Positions 6,509-13,897 of a stretch of DNA of 13,897 bases are shown here, piece by piece. How positions within the stretch are numbered: the stretch's first letter is position 1; each line of letters begins with the position of its first letter. The translations under genes were made by a program, and so were the position numbers. Source of the stretch: Candidatus Bipolaricaulia bacterium (lineage in GTDB: Bacteria > Bipolaricaulota > Bipolaricaulia > JBHIAT01); assembly GCA_046758705.1 (NCBI GenBank), contig JBHIAT010000093.1:1-13897 (forward strand). Reading direction: 5' to 3'. The notes beneath the pieces were generated by a model. It saw only the letters and a program-made list of their open reading frames with translations. It did no database searches and was not told the origin of the DNA.

Positions 6509-8107
6509 ATGAGACGTGATCTGAAAGCGATGGCCGATGAACAGTTTGATGTACTGGTCATCGGCGGTGGCATCAACGGAACCGGGATCGCTCGGGATGC
6601 GGCGCTCCGCGGGTTGAAGGTCGCTCTGGTTGAGCAGGAGGACTTCGGATATGGGACCACCTCCCGGGCGACCCGGATCATCCACGGCGGCCTCCGCTAT
6701 TTGGAGCTCTACGAGTTCGGTCTGGTCCGCGAATCGCTCAAGGAGCGGGAGATTTTGCTCCGGATCGCCCCTCACCTGGTGCGGCCGCTCCTGTTCCTGG
6801 TGCCGGTCTATCGGGGGGATCCTCACGCTCTGTTGACGGTGCGGATCGGGATGATCCTCTACGACCTGCTCTCCTGGGGTAAGTCGTTGAAGCGTCATCG
6901 CAAGCTGTCTCGGGGCCAGGTTTTAGAGCTGGAGCCTGAGTTGAAACAGGAGGGGCTCAAAGGGGGGATGCTCTACTACGATGCCCAGGTCGAATACTCG
7001 GAACGGCTCTGTGTGGAGAACGCACTCTGTGCCGCCGATCACGGGGCGTTGATCGCCAACCACGCCGAGGTCGTCGACTTCCTGAAGGTCGATGCCGATG
7101 AGAAGATCGTCGGTGCCCGCGTCCGGGACCGGTTCACCGATGAGCTATACGAGCTGCGTGCCCGGGTCATCGTCAATGCAGCCGGTCCCTGGGCCGACCG
7201 ACTCCATCAGATTGCCGACCCCGATTCCCTCCCGAGGCTGAGACCGACCAAGGGGATCCACATCCTGGTGCCCCAGTTCACCCGACACGCGATCGTGATG
7301 CTGGCTCAACAGGACGACCGGCTGTTCTTTGCTATCCCGTGGCGCGGTCTTTCACTGGTCGGCACGACCGACACCGACTTCGACGGGGACCCGGGCACAG
7401 TGACCGCCACCCAGGAGGATGTCGACTACCTCGCCAACGAGACCCGGCGGCTGTTCCCCAAGGTCGATTTAAACATCTACTACACGATGGCCGGGGTTCG
7501 TCCGCTCGTCCACCAGGAAGGGGTCTCCGCTTCCCAAGTCTCCAGGAAACATAAGATTATCGACCACCGGGCCGACGGACTCGACGGACTGATCTCGATC
7601 CTCGGCGGCAAGATCACCAACTATCGCAAGGTCGCCGAGGATGCGGTCGACCTGATCGGCCGAAAGCTCAATCACGACAGACCCTGTCTCACCGATCGGA
7701 GACGGCTCTACGGTGGAGAGATCGATGATCTGGAGGCCGCCATCGAGACGGCCGTCTCCGAATACAGCGGATTGGGCCTGGAGCGGGAGCAGATCGCGTC
7801 GCTGGTCCGGACCTACGGCTCTCAATACGAGGCGATACTGAAGCGGGTCGAGGCGACTCCCGAGCTGGGGGAGGGAATCACGGAGACCGGACCGGAGATC
7901 TGGGCTCAGCTCGACTACGGGGTGGAACATGAGATGGTCTGCTCCGCCGCCGATTTCCTACTGCGACGCACCGGGATCGGGCTGAGGCCGGAGGGAGGGC
8001 TCGATTGTGTGGCAGAGGTCTCGGCGAGGATCGGCGCGCGGCTCGGCTGGGATGAATCGGAAGTCGAGAGGGATGTCGAGGCGTACCGAGACGAGGTCAA
8101 ACGCTAA
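6509..8107 (+). CDS. glpD: FAD-dependent glycerol-3-phosphate dehydrogenase/oxidase
   Basis: Motifs DVLVIGGGINGTGIARDAALRG, GTTSRATRIIHGGLRYLE, APHLV, NAAGPWAD, KGIHI, VGTTD, GVRPL, GGKITNYR and DFLLRRT; directly after glpK. Confidence 0.95.
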   Translation: MRRDLKAMADEQFDVLVIGGGINGTGIARDAALRGLKVALVEQEDFGYGTTSRATRIIHGGLRYLELYEFGLVRESLKEREILLRIAPHLVRPLLFLVPVYRGDPHALLTVRIGMILYDLLSWGKSLKRHRKLSRGQVLELEPELKQEGLKGGMLYYDAQVEYSERLCVENALCAADHGALIANHAEVVDFLKVDADEKIVGARVRDRFTDELYELRARVIVNAAGPWADRLHQIADPDSLPRLRPTKGIHILVPQFTRHAIVMLAQQDDRLFFAIPWRGLSLVGTTDTDFDGDPGTVTATQEDVDYLANETRRLFPKVDLNIYYTMAGVRPLVHQEGVSASQVSRKHKIIDHRADGLDGLISILGGKITNYRKVAEDAVDLIGRKLNHDRPCLTDRRRLYGGEIDDLEAAIETAVSEYSGLGLEREQIASLVRTYGSQYEAILKRVEATPELGEGITETGPEIWAQLDYGVEHEMVCSAADFLLRRTGIGLRPEGGLDCVAEVSARIGARLGWDESEVERDVEAYRDEVKR

Positions 8108-8113
8108 CGGAGA

Positions 8114-9403
8114 TCATGAGCCCTGATGGCTCGTAACAATGGCAAAGTGTCTTAGAAAATCTTCTACGGCAGCTTGGTGACCGACATCGCGGCGCGCCCG
8201 CTCTGAGAGATACCATTTATGCTCTAGAACCTGGCAGTAAAGTTCAGCGGGATCGGTGTCATCATCCATCAGGGGGTTCAAGTGTTCCAGGGTAGGTGGA
8301 TAAATCTCGTTTAGCCAGTAGTAGGCGGCCACGCTGAGAGGGGTGCTGCGGTTATGAGCTTCGGAGAGGGTGGCTTTGATTCCCTGGATTTCATTGACCA
8401 TGTGTCGGGCCTGCATTTCTTCGGTCTCCAAACCGGTCAGTGTGTGGAGCAGATCACGGTGGAAGTTACGGTCGGTAACAAAGGCGCGCAGGTGGAGTTG
8501 ATCGCCGCTTTCGGTAGCTCGCAGTTCCACTTCGTCCACCGAAAAGCCGAGGGCGTTTAGGGCGCGAATGCGCTCTTGAATGCGGTAGCGTTCACCTGGT
8601 GCCAGGATCTCTTCACGGATGATTTCATGCCACAGTGCCTCGTAGCGCTGGCGGATATAAGCGCCGATTTCAAATATAGGATAATCGGAAGGAAGGATGT
8701 CCATGGCAGCCAGATCAGCCAGGGCGCCGGTGACATTTTCTTCCATAATGTCCAGGTCGTTTTGTCGCAAGTTGAGGGAGAGGTGCGGATATATTTCTGA
8801 GGTTTCGGCGTCGACCAGATAGGCCTGCAGCGCCCCGGCATCGCGACGGAAGAGGGTGTTGAAGAGAGAACAATCACCCCAGTAGACCTCGGCCAAATGC
8901 AATTGAACCAGCAGGCTGGCCATGGCGTCTAACAGGTGCTCGCGATAGCGTGCCAGACTGTGTTGTATGAAGAGCGAGTGATAGGGTAGGGAGCGATGCA
9001 GGTAGCGGGTGATCAACACACTGGCTTCTCCGTCAGTCGACCGGGTACGGATATGACCGACCGGCGTCACGACCGGCAGGCGCAGTTCTTCCATTTGACG
9101 CAGACGATCGTATTCTTTTTCGGCAAGGCCAGGTGGCAACTCTTTGATGGCATAGAGCCGGCCGCCGTAGTTGACAAAAACCACCGGGTGGCGCGAAACG
9201 CCGTGCGGCAATTGCATCAGCCGTGAACAGTGTTCTGACCATTCTGTCAGTGGGTATTTCCAAGGCAAGTCCAAGAAGTCAGGATGACCGGAGCGAAAGG
9301 CAGAGGATAGAAAATTTGATTCCAGGCCATGATTGGACGCCATATCGCCAACATTTTCTTCTCGATCTTCCCTCTGGATGTGGTCTGATATCTCAGTTGC
9401 CAT
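8114..9403 (-). CDS. DUF4032-domain protein with an N-terminal protein-kinase-like (Kdo/LPS-kinase-like) domain
   Basis: Family-typical segments HPDFLDLPW, GVSRHPVVFV, YAIKE, YWGDCSLFNTLFRRDAG, AYLVDAET, RIRALNALGF and LEHKWYLSE. ATG 9403 has GAAGGTG upstream; alternative start GTG 9412. Confidence 0.85.
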   Translation of the reverse strand: MATEISDHIQREDREENVGDMASNHGLESNFLSSAFRSGHPDFLDLPWKYPLTEWSEHCSRLMQLPHGVSRHPVVFVNYGGRLYAIKELPPGLAEKEYDRLRQMEELRLPVVTPVGHIRTRSTDGEASVLITRYLHRSLPYHSLFIQHSLARYREHLLDAMASLLVQLHLAEVYWGDCSLFNTLFRRDAGALQAYLVDAETSEIYPHLSLNLRQNDLDIMEENVTGALADLAAMDILPSDYPIFEIGAYIRQRYEALWHEIIREEILAPGERYRIQERIRALNALGFSVDEVELRATESGDQLHLRAFVTDRNFHRDLLHTLTGLETEEMQARHMVNEIQGIKATLSEAHNRSTPLSVAAYYWLNEIYPPTLEHLNPLMDDDTDPAELYCQVLEHKWYLSERARRDVGHQAAVEDFLRHFAIVTSHQGS

Positions 9404-9457
9404 CCTATGCACCTTCGCCTCACGAAGTTAAAAACTGGACTCATTCAATCCGCGTTT

Positions 9458-9486
9458 ATGCTAATAAATCGATCTGGAAATGTCAA
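9458..9486 (-). promoter_or_regulatory. Putative sigma70-type promoter for the DUF4032 gene
   Basis: Reverse complement TTGACA(9486-9481)-N17-TAGCAT(9463-9458). Confidence 0.55.
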
Positions 9487-9641
9487 ACGATTCGACGGTA
9501 AACCAGAAGAATTTCATCAAGTGATCCAGATTTTAAACGACTTTATCCCGTCCTTGCTCCAGGAATGCTCTTGAGAGACGAATGAAACACAAAGAAATAG
9601 GGGGATTCGCCCAGCCGGAGATATGAGACATTTTCGCATAA

Positions 9642-11186
9642 TCATTGCATATCCTCACTGTCTTCCAATTCCTTAACCATCTCTTCAACGATCTCACGGA
9701 TTTCTGGGAACAGGCGGTTCAAGATGGCCTTGTCTTTCGTGTGATAGTAGCGCAACGCAGCGCGATAGGGCTTAATGAATTCGATAAGGTCTGCTGAGCC
9801 GGTCGCTTCAATTTGATCCAAAACCTGTTTTAGAAACTCTGGCTGTCCAATCTTGAGTAATTCTTTGGGATACTGAACCAAGATCTCTTGAGTATCATCA
9901 ACCTTATCTGCCAGAATATCGGAGAGATATTCTAACCCCTTGCTAAGCATTAGGGGTGCTAATTTACTGGCATATGCCTGTGGCTCCTTTTGGGTAAACC
10001 ACGCTTCAAGGAATTTTATGATGACCCTCAATCGTCGTCTTCCCGCCTCCACACTCATCTGTCGCCACAGGCGCAACAGCCGTTCGGTGATATCGTAGAG
10101 CGTCTCCTTCTTGCCCCGCTCCTTCAGTGACCTGACATAGCCGTCCTTCTCCAAGCGCCGGAGTTGAGTGGTCACCACGTTTACCTTTAATCGTGCAGCC
10201 TCGGCAAGTTCGGTGGGTGTGGACGATCCATCCATCGAAGCGATGGCATCCAGGATCTGCTGTTGCTGAGGAGCTAATTCGCTCATTCGGTCTTGAAAGT
10301 ACGGCGTAAGCTCATCCAGCAACGAGAGAAACGTCCGCTCCACTTCTATAATTTTAGACTCGACAAAGATCTGATACACGCTTAAGATCAGACGGGGATT
10401 TCCCCCCGTGAGATGGATCACAGCATCCAGGCGTGGTTGAAGCTCATCAAACTTCTCTAGCAGCTCAGTTCGTCTGTCCATTTTCAACCGGGTTTTAATC
10501 AGCGTTTTGATCTCATCGGACTTGATCTCTGGAATCCAGACAATCTCGAAGAAGTTGTAAAATGGTTTTTCATAGTCCTGAACCTCCTTAAACAGGGTCG
10601 GCGCGGTGCCAATGAACATGAACAGATCCCCACGCATCAGCAGATCTCGCAATCGACCTTGATTCTCTTCGGTGAAACGTGGCAGAATGTTTTGCAAGTT
10701 ATCGATCAGGAACAAAAACCTCTTGCCATCGCGTTTTTTCCGCTGAACCAGGTAGTCTATTAACAACTCGCGCTCCGGCTCGTTGGGAATCGAGACGCGG
10801 TTGCAGCGTTCGATCAATGCCAAAAGCTCGGCATCTGGAGATTCATCTTTGATTAAGTTCAGCGCTTCTAATAGCAGGTCAGCCAGTGACGTAATGCGAT
10901 ATGTCTCTTCCGGGAAGAGCAGAGACACCCAATCATCGTGCAGATCGTCAGGGACACCTTGCCAGTGCAACGTACCCTGCACGCTGTGGTGCAACAGCAA
11001 AAGCAGATGGGTCTTCCCAATGCCACGCGGCCCGATAAGGAGAAAGTTTTGCAGACCCTTGCGCTGACGTCCCTCATCTATGGCTTTGAGCAGTCGTTTG
11101 ACCAGGGCTTCCCGTCCCACGAGTGATTTTTTCAGCGCTTCAGGTGTATACAGCGAGGGTCGGTATTTGAACAGGTCTTGTTTCAT
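9642..11186 (-). CDS. STAND-like (archaeal-type AAA) P-loop ATPase with a winged helix-turn-helix domain
   Basis: LVGRE motif, Walker A GPRGIGKT, Walker B FLFLIDNL and the STAND GxP motif TGGNPR. wHTH segment: TPTELAEAARLKVNVVTTQLRRLEKDGYV...YDITERLLRLW. RBS AAGGAG before ATG 11186. Confidence 0.85.
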   Translation of the reverse strand: MKQDLFKYRPSLYTPEALKKSLVGREALVKRLLKAIDEGRQRKGLQNFLLIGPRGIGKTHLLLLLHHSVQGTLHWQGVPDDLHDDWVSLLFPEETYRITSLADLLLEALNLIKDESPDAELLALIERCNRVSIPNEPERELLIDYLVQRKKRDGKRFLFLIDNLQNILPRFTEENQGRLRDLLMRGDLFMFIGTAPTLFKEVQDYEKPFYNFFEIVWIPEIKSDEIKTLIKTRLKMDRRTELLEKFDELQPRLDAVIHLTGGNPRLILSVYQIFVESKIIEVERTFLSLLDELTPYFQDRMSELAPQQQQILDAIASMDGSSTPTELAEAARLKVNVVTTQLRRLEKDGYVRSLKERGKKETLYDITERLLRLWRQMSVEAGRRRLRVIIKFLEAWFTQKEPQAYASKLAPLMLSKGLEYLSDILADKVDDTQEILVQYPKELLKIGQPEFLKQVLDQIEATGSADLIEFIKPYRAALRYYHTKDKAILNRLFPEIREIVEEMVKELEDSEDMQ

Positions 11187-11227
11187 GATTACTCCTTACC
11201 GCGCGTGGTACTTGAGCCACCTTTCAA

Positions 11228-11272
11228 CAACAAGAGTGTTAGTAACAATATTGTTATACAACAAAATTGTTA
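11228..11272. repeat. Three tandem palindromic 14-bp boxes YAACA-N4-TGTTA (candidate operator array)
   Basis: CAACAAGAGTGTTA (11228-11241), TAACAATATTGTTA (11243-11256, a perfect palindrome) and CAACAAAATTGTTA (11259-11272). Confidence 0.75.
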
Positions 11273-11281
11273 TTTTGTCAA
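11253..11281 (-). promoter_or_regulatory. Near-consensus sigma70 promoter of the ATPase gene
   Basis: Reverse complement TTGACA(11281-11276)-N17-TATAAC(11258-11253). Confidence 0.7.
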
Positions 11282-11352
11282 GGGCGGTTTTCAGGTGAAG
11301 CTCATGAAAAGACTTGGTATCTGTCTTTCAGCAGTTCTACAGAGGATTCCAC

Positions 11353-12075
11353 CTACAACCCCAGGTAGGCCTCGCGGACGCGGGGGGCTTTCTTGAGCTC
11401 CTCAGGACGACTTTCGCAGACGATCCGGCCCACCTCAAGCAGGTAGATGCGATCGGCTAGCTCGAACGAGAAGACCAGGTTCTGCTCGGCGAGCAGCACG
11501 GTCACCCCGGAATCCTGGATCTCCTGGATCGCCTTGCCGATATCATTACGAACGATCGGTGCCAACCCCAGCGTCGGCTCGTCGAGCAGTAGCAACTCGG
11601 GATGACCCATGAGCGCCCGGCCAATTGCCAGCATCTGCTGCTCTCCGCCGCTTAACGTGCGTGCCGTCTGGTTGCGGCGTTCCTGAAGTTGGGGAAACAG
11701 GCGATAGATCCTGTCTAAGTCGGTCCCGATTCCGTCACGATCGGCGCGGCGGTACGCCCCCAACGTCAAGTTGTCGCGGACACTCAGGTAAGGAAAGAGA
11801 TGTCGTCCTTCGGGACAGTGGATGATCCCACGTCGAACGGTTTCGACTGGCTCCTCGACCGGCAGCGAGTCGCCCTTGAAGCGTATCGTCCCCTCGTAGT
11901 CGACGAGGCCTGAGATCGCGGAAAACAGTGTCGTTTTCCCGGCACCGTTCGGACCGATGACGGCGACGATCTCTCCAGGGTTGACCCGCAGGCTCACTTC
12001 GTGGAGCGCTCGGGCTTTCCCGTAACTGATGCAGACGCCGTTCGTCTCGAATAGCGGCCGATCCGTTGTGCTCAC
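11353..12075 (-). CDS. livF: HAAT (branched-chain amino acid type) ABC transporter ATP-binding protein, LivF-like
   Basis: Motifs GPNGAGKTT, PEGRHLFP, LSGGEQQMLAIGRALM, LLLDEPTLGLAP and VREAYLG. Confidence 0.92.
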   Translation of the reverse strand: MSTTDRPLFETNGVCISYGKARALHEVSLRVNPGEIVAVIGPNGAGKTTLFSAISGLVDYEGTIRFKGDSLPVEEPVETVRRGIIHCPEGRHLFPYLSVRDNLTLGAYRRADRDGIGTDLDRIYRLFPQLQERRNQTARTLSGGEQQMLAIGRALMGHPELLLLDEPTLGLAPIVRNDIGKAIQEIQDSGVTVLLAEQNLVFSFELADRIYLLEVGRIVCESRPEELKKAPRVREAYLGL

Positions 12076-12821
12076 GAGCTTTCACTTCCTAAGTAAATCC
12101 GCAGGACCTCCTCATCCTCGGCGATCTCTTTAGGAGGTCCTGCGGCGATCTTCTCGCCGAAGTGCATGACGACCACCCGATCGACCAATCGCATCACCCC
12201 ACGCATGTTGTGATCGATGAGCACGATCGTCACCCCCTCATCGCGGAGCGCGGCGATCAGCTTCGAGATCTTCCGCACCTCGGGCTGGCTCAGACCGGCG
12301 AACGGCTCGTCGAGGAGCAGCAATCGGGGTTCGGCGGCGAGCGCGCGGCCGATCTCCAGCCGTCGCAGGTCAGCCTGGGGCAGGACGCCGGGCGGGGACA
12401 ACAGCCGGGTCAATAACCCGACCCGGTCGGCAATGTAGCGAGCCTGGGATGCCATCTCAATCGGCCGACTCACGGTGAACACAGGATCGGGGATCAACGG
12501 CAACTCCAGGTTGTGAAAGACAGCCTTGGTGCGCAGCGGCTTCGGCTGTTGGAACGTCCGAGCGATCCCGGCCTGGACCACGCGGTGCGTCGACCAGCCG
12601 GTGATATCTTCGCTGTCGAACCGCACCGCTCCGGTCTCGGGCCTCAAGAAACCGGTGATCAGGTCGAAGACGGTCGTCTTCCCGGCACCGTTCGGGCCGA
12701 TCAACCCCAAAATCTCGCCGTGGAGCACCGAGAAGCTCAGTTGGTTCACGGCAGTCAGTCCACCGAATCGCTTGGTCAGTCCATCCAGTTCGAGAATTTC
12801 CTCTCTTTGCAACGCGATCAC
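12072..12821 (-). CDS. livG: HAAT ABC transporter ATP-binding protein, LivG-like
   Basis: Motifs KRFGGLTAV, GLIGPNGAGKTT, GIARTFQ, RRLEIGRAL, LLLDEP, DHNM and IYLG. Likely start is GTG 12821 (GTGA overlap with the livM stop) or ATG 12830, rather than 12944. Confidence 0.9.
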   Translation of the reverse strand: MIALQREEILELDGLTKRFGGLTAVNQLSFSVLHGEILGLIGPNGAGKTTVFDLITGFLRPETGAVRFDSEDITGWSTHRVVQAGIARTFQQPKPLRTKAVFHNLELPLIPDPVFTVSRPIEMASQARYIADRVGLLTRLLSPPGVLPQADLRRLEIGRALAAEPRLLLLDEPFAGLSQPEVRKISKLIAALRDEGVTIVLIDHNMRGVMRLVDRVVVMHFGEKIAAGPPKEIAEDEEVLRIYLGSESS

Positions 12822-13837
12822 CGCACCCATGCGGCCAACCGGCCGCCCCGCTTTTTGATGAACGAACGAATCTCCGGTCCGAGCCCTCGGCGGGCGGTCA
12901 ACATCAGCACCAACAGGATAGAGACGAAGATGAAGATGCGCCAATCGCTGATCTGCTCGAAGGAACGCAGATGCTCCTGAGCGACGACCAGGATGTAGCC
13001 GCCGACGATCGGTCCGGTGATCGTCCCGACCCCACCGAGGACGGTGGCGATGATCACTTGGATCGATAGAGACAGTGACAGCACGCTGTTGGGGGAGACG
13101 ATCATCAGATAGTGCACAAAAAAGCTCCCGCCCAGGCCGGCGACCAGTGAGCTGATGACGAACGACAGGGTCTTGTACTTAGCGGTGTTGATCCCGGCCG
13201 CTTCGACGACCTCCTCATTCTCCCGGATCGCGGTGAAAATCTTACCGATCTTGGAACGGCTGAGCCAGCGAAGCGCCCAAGCAATCGTGATCATCAGACC
13301 CAGAGACCAGTAGTAGCCGCCCTCCAGACTCAGGGAGATCGTGTCGATCCCGGCGAGTCCGAACTCTCCGCCGGTGACCGACGAGAAGATCAGGATCAGT
13401 CGCCGCGCTACGATCGGCAGGATCAGGGTCACCAGGGCAAGGTACGGTCCACGCAGCCGAAGCGCCGGTGCGGCGACCAGCAGGCCGGCCAGGACCGCCG
13501 CGGCGGCCCCCAGCGGGATGGTTAACCACAAGGGCAGGCCGAGGTGAAAGTTGAGCAGGGCACTGGTGTAGCCGGCCGCTCCGATGAAGAACGCATGGCC
13601 GAAGCTGATCTGGCCAGTGTAGCCGGAGAGGATATCCCAGCTCATCGCGAACACGGCCATGAAGTTGGCGAGCGTCAGGATCGTCACCAAGTTGAGCGAA
13701 GTGAATTTCGGGGCAAGCGCCAGGAGGGCGATGACGGCCAAGATGAACAGCGTCCCCGGATATTTCGGCTTGCCCCCGGGTGCTCCGGCCATCGGGAGCT
13801 GGAGGGCCAGGCGGTACCGACTGAGCCATTTGAGCAT
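12818..13837 (-). CDS. livM: HAAT ABC transporter permease, LivM-like
   Basis: Motifs SWDILSGYTGQISFGHAFF, LRLRGPYLALVTL, TGGEFG, AIRENE...AAGIN...YK and VLGGVGTITGPIVG. Confidence 0.9.
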   Translation of the reverse strand: MLKWLSRYRLALQLPMAGAPGGKPKYPGTLFILAVIALLALAPKFTSLNLVTILTLANFMAVFAMSWDILSGYTGQISFGHAFFIGAAGYTSALLNFHLGLPLWLTIPLGAAAAVLAGLLVAAPALRLRGPYLALVTLILPIVARRLILIFSSVTGGEFGLAGIDTISLSLEGGYYWSLGLMITIAWALRWLSRSKIGKIFTAIRENEEVVEAAGINTAKYKTLSFVISSLVAGLGGSFFVHYLMIVSPNSVLSLSLSIQVIIATVLGGVGTITGPIVGGYILVVAQEHLRSFEQISDWRIFIFVSILLVLMLTARRGLGPEIRSFIKKRGGRLAAWVR

Positions 13838-13897
13838 TACGACCTGTTCCTTTCAACTTACTCAAAGTTGATCAGGTCATTCGCTCTCCGTTGATGT

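Noticed and set aside
4838..9541. Exact 14-bp inverted match GTCGTTTAAAATCT (4838-4851) / AGATTTTAAACGAC (9528-9541) flanking glpK-glpD-DUF4032
   Set aside because: About one 14-bp match is expected by chance in a 14-kb self-comparison; it does not extend, and there is no recombinase or transposase nearby.
9458..9574. 38-aa plus-strand ORF (MLINRSGNVKRFDGKPEEFHQVIQILNDFIPSLLQECS) in the intergenic region
   Set aside because: No SD, overlaps the minus-strand promoter, and has no coupling to neighbouring genes.
12822..12944. N-terminal extension of livG given by the ORF track
   Set aside because: Overlaps livM by more than 120 nt and does not resemble LivG; a later start fits better.
13242..13865. 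207-aa alternative-frame ORF over livM
   Set aside because: Arg/Pro/Gly-rich off-frame translation overlapping a well-supported gene.
13872..13897. Possible 3' end of an upstream liv gene (...INGERMT*)
   Set aside because: Only 8 codons are visible, so neither frame nor identity can be established.

Overview
Bacterial chromosomal region. High-GC, GATC-rich housekeeping genes alternate with lower-GC inserts. Plus strand: secreted M23 peptidase, class V PLP aminotransferase, glycerophosphodiester phosphodiesterase, PiT-family transporter, then glpK and glpD. Together these look like a glycerophosphodiester/glycerol scavenging cluster. The cluster is interrupted by a lower-GC minus-strand islet holding a small ORF missed by the ORF track (possible CTG start) that is translationally coupled to a 2-TM protein with faint SPFH/band-7-like features. 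Right half, minus strand: livM-livG-livF of a HAAT-family ABC transporter; a lower-GC STAND-like P-loop ATPase with a winged HTH and apparently no TPR sensor, whose near-consensus sigma70 promoter carries three tandem AACA-N4-TGTT palindromes; and a DUF4032-type kinase-like protein with its own promoter. I found no rRNA, tRNA, CRISPR array or transposase. All family assignments come from motif recognition, not database searches.
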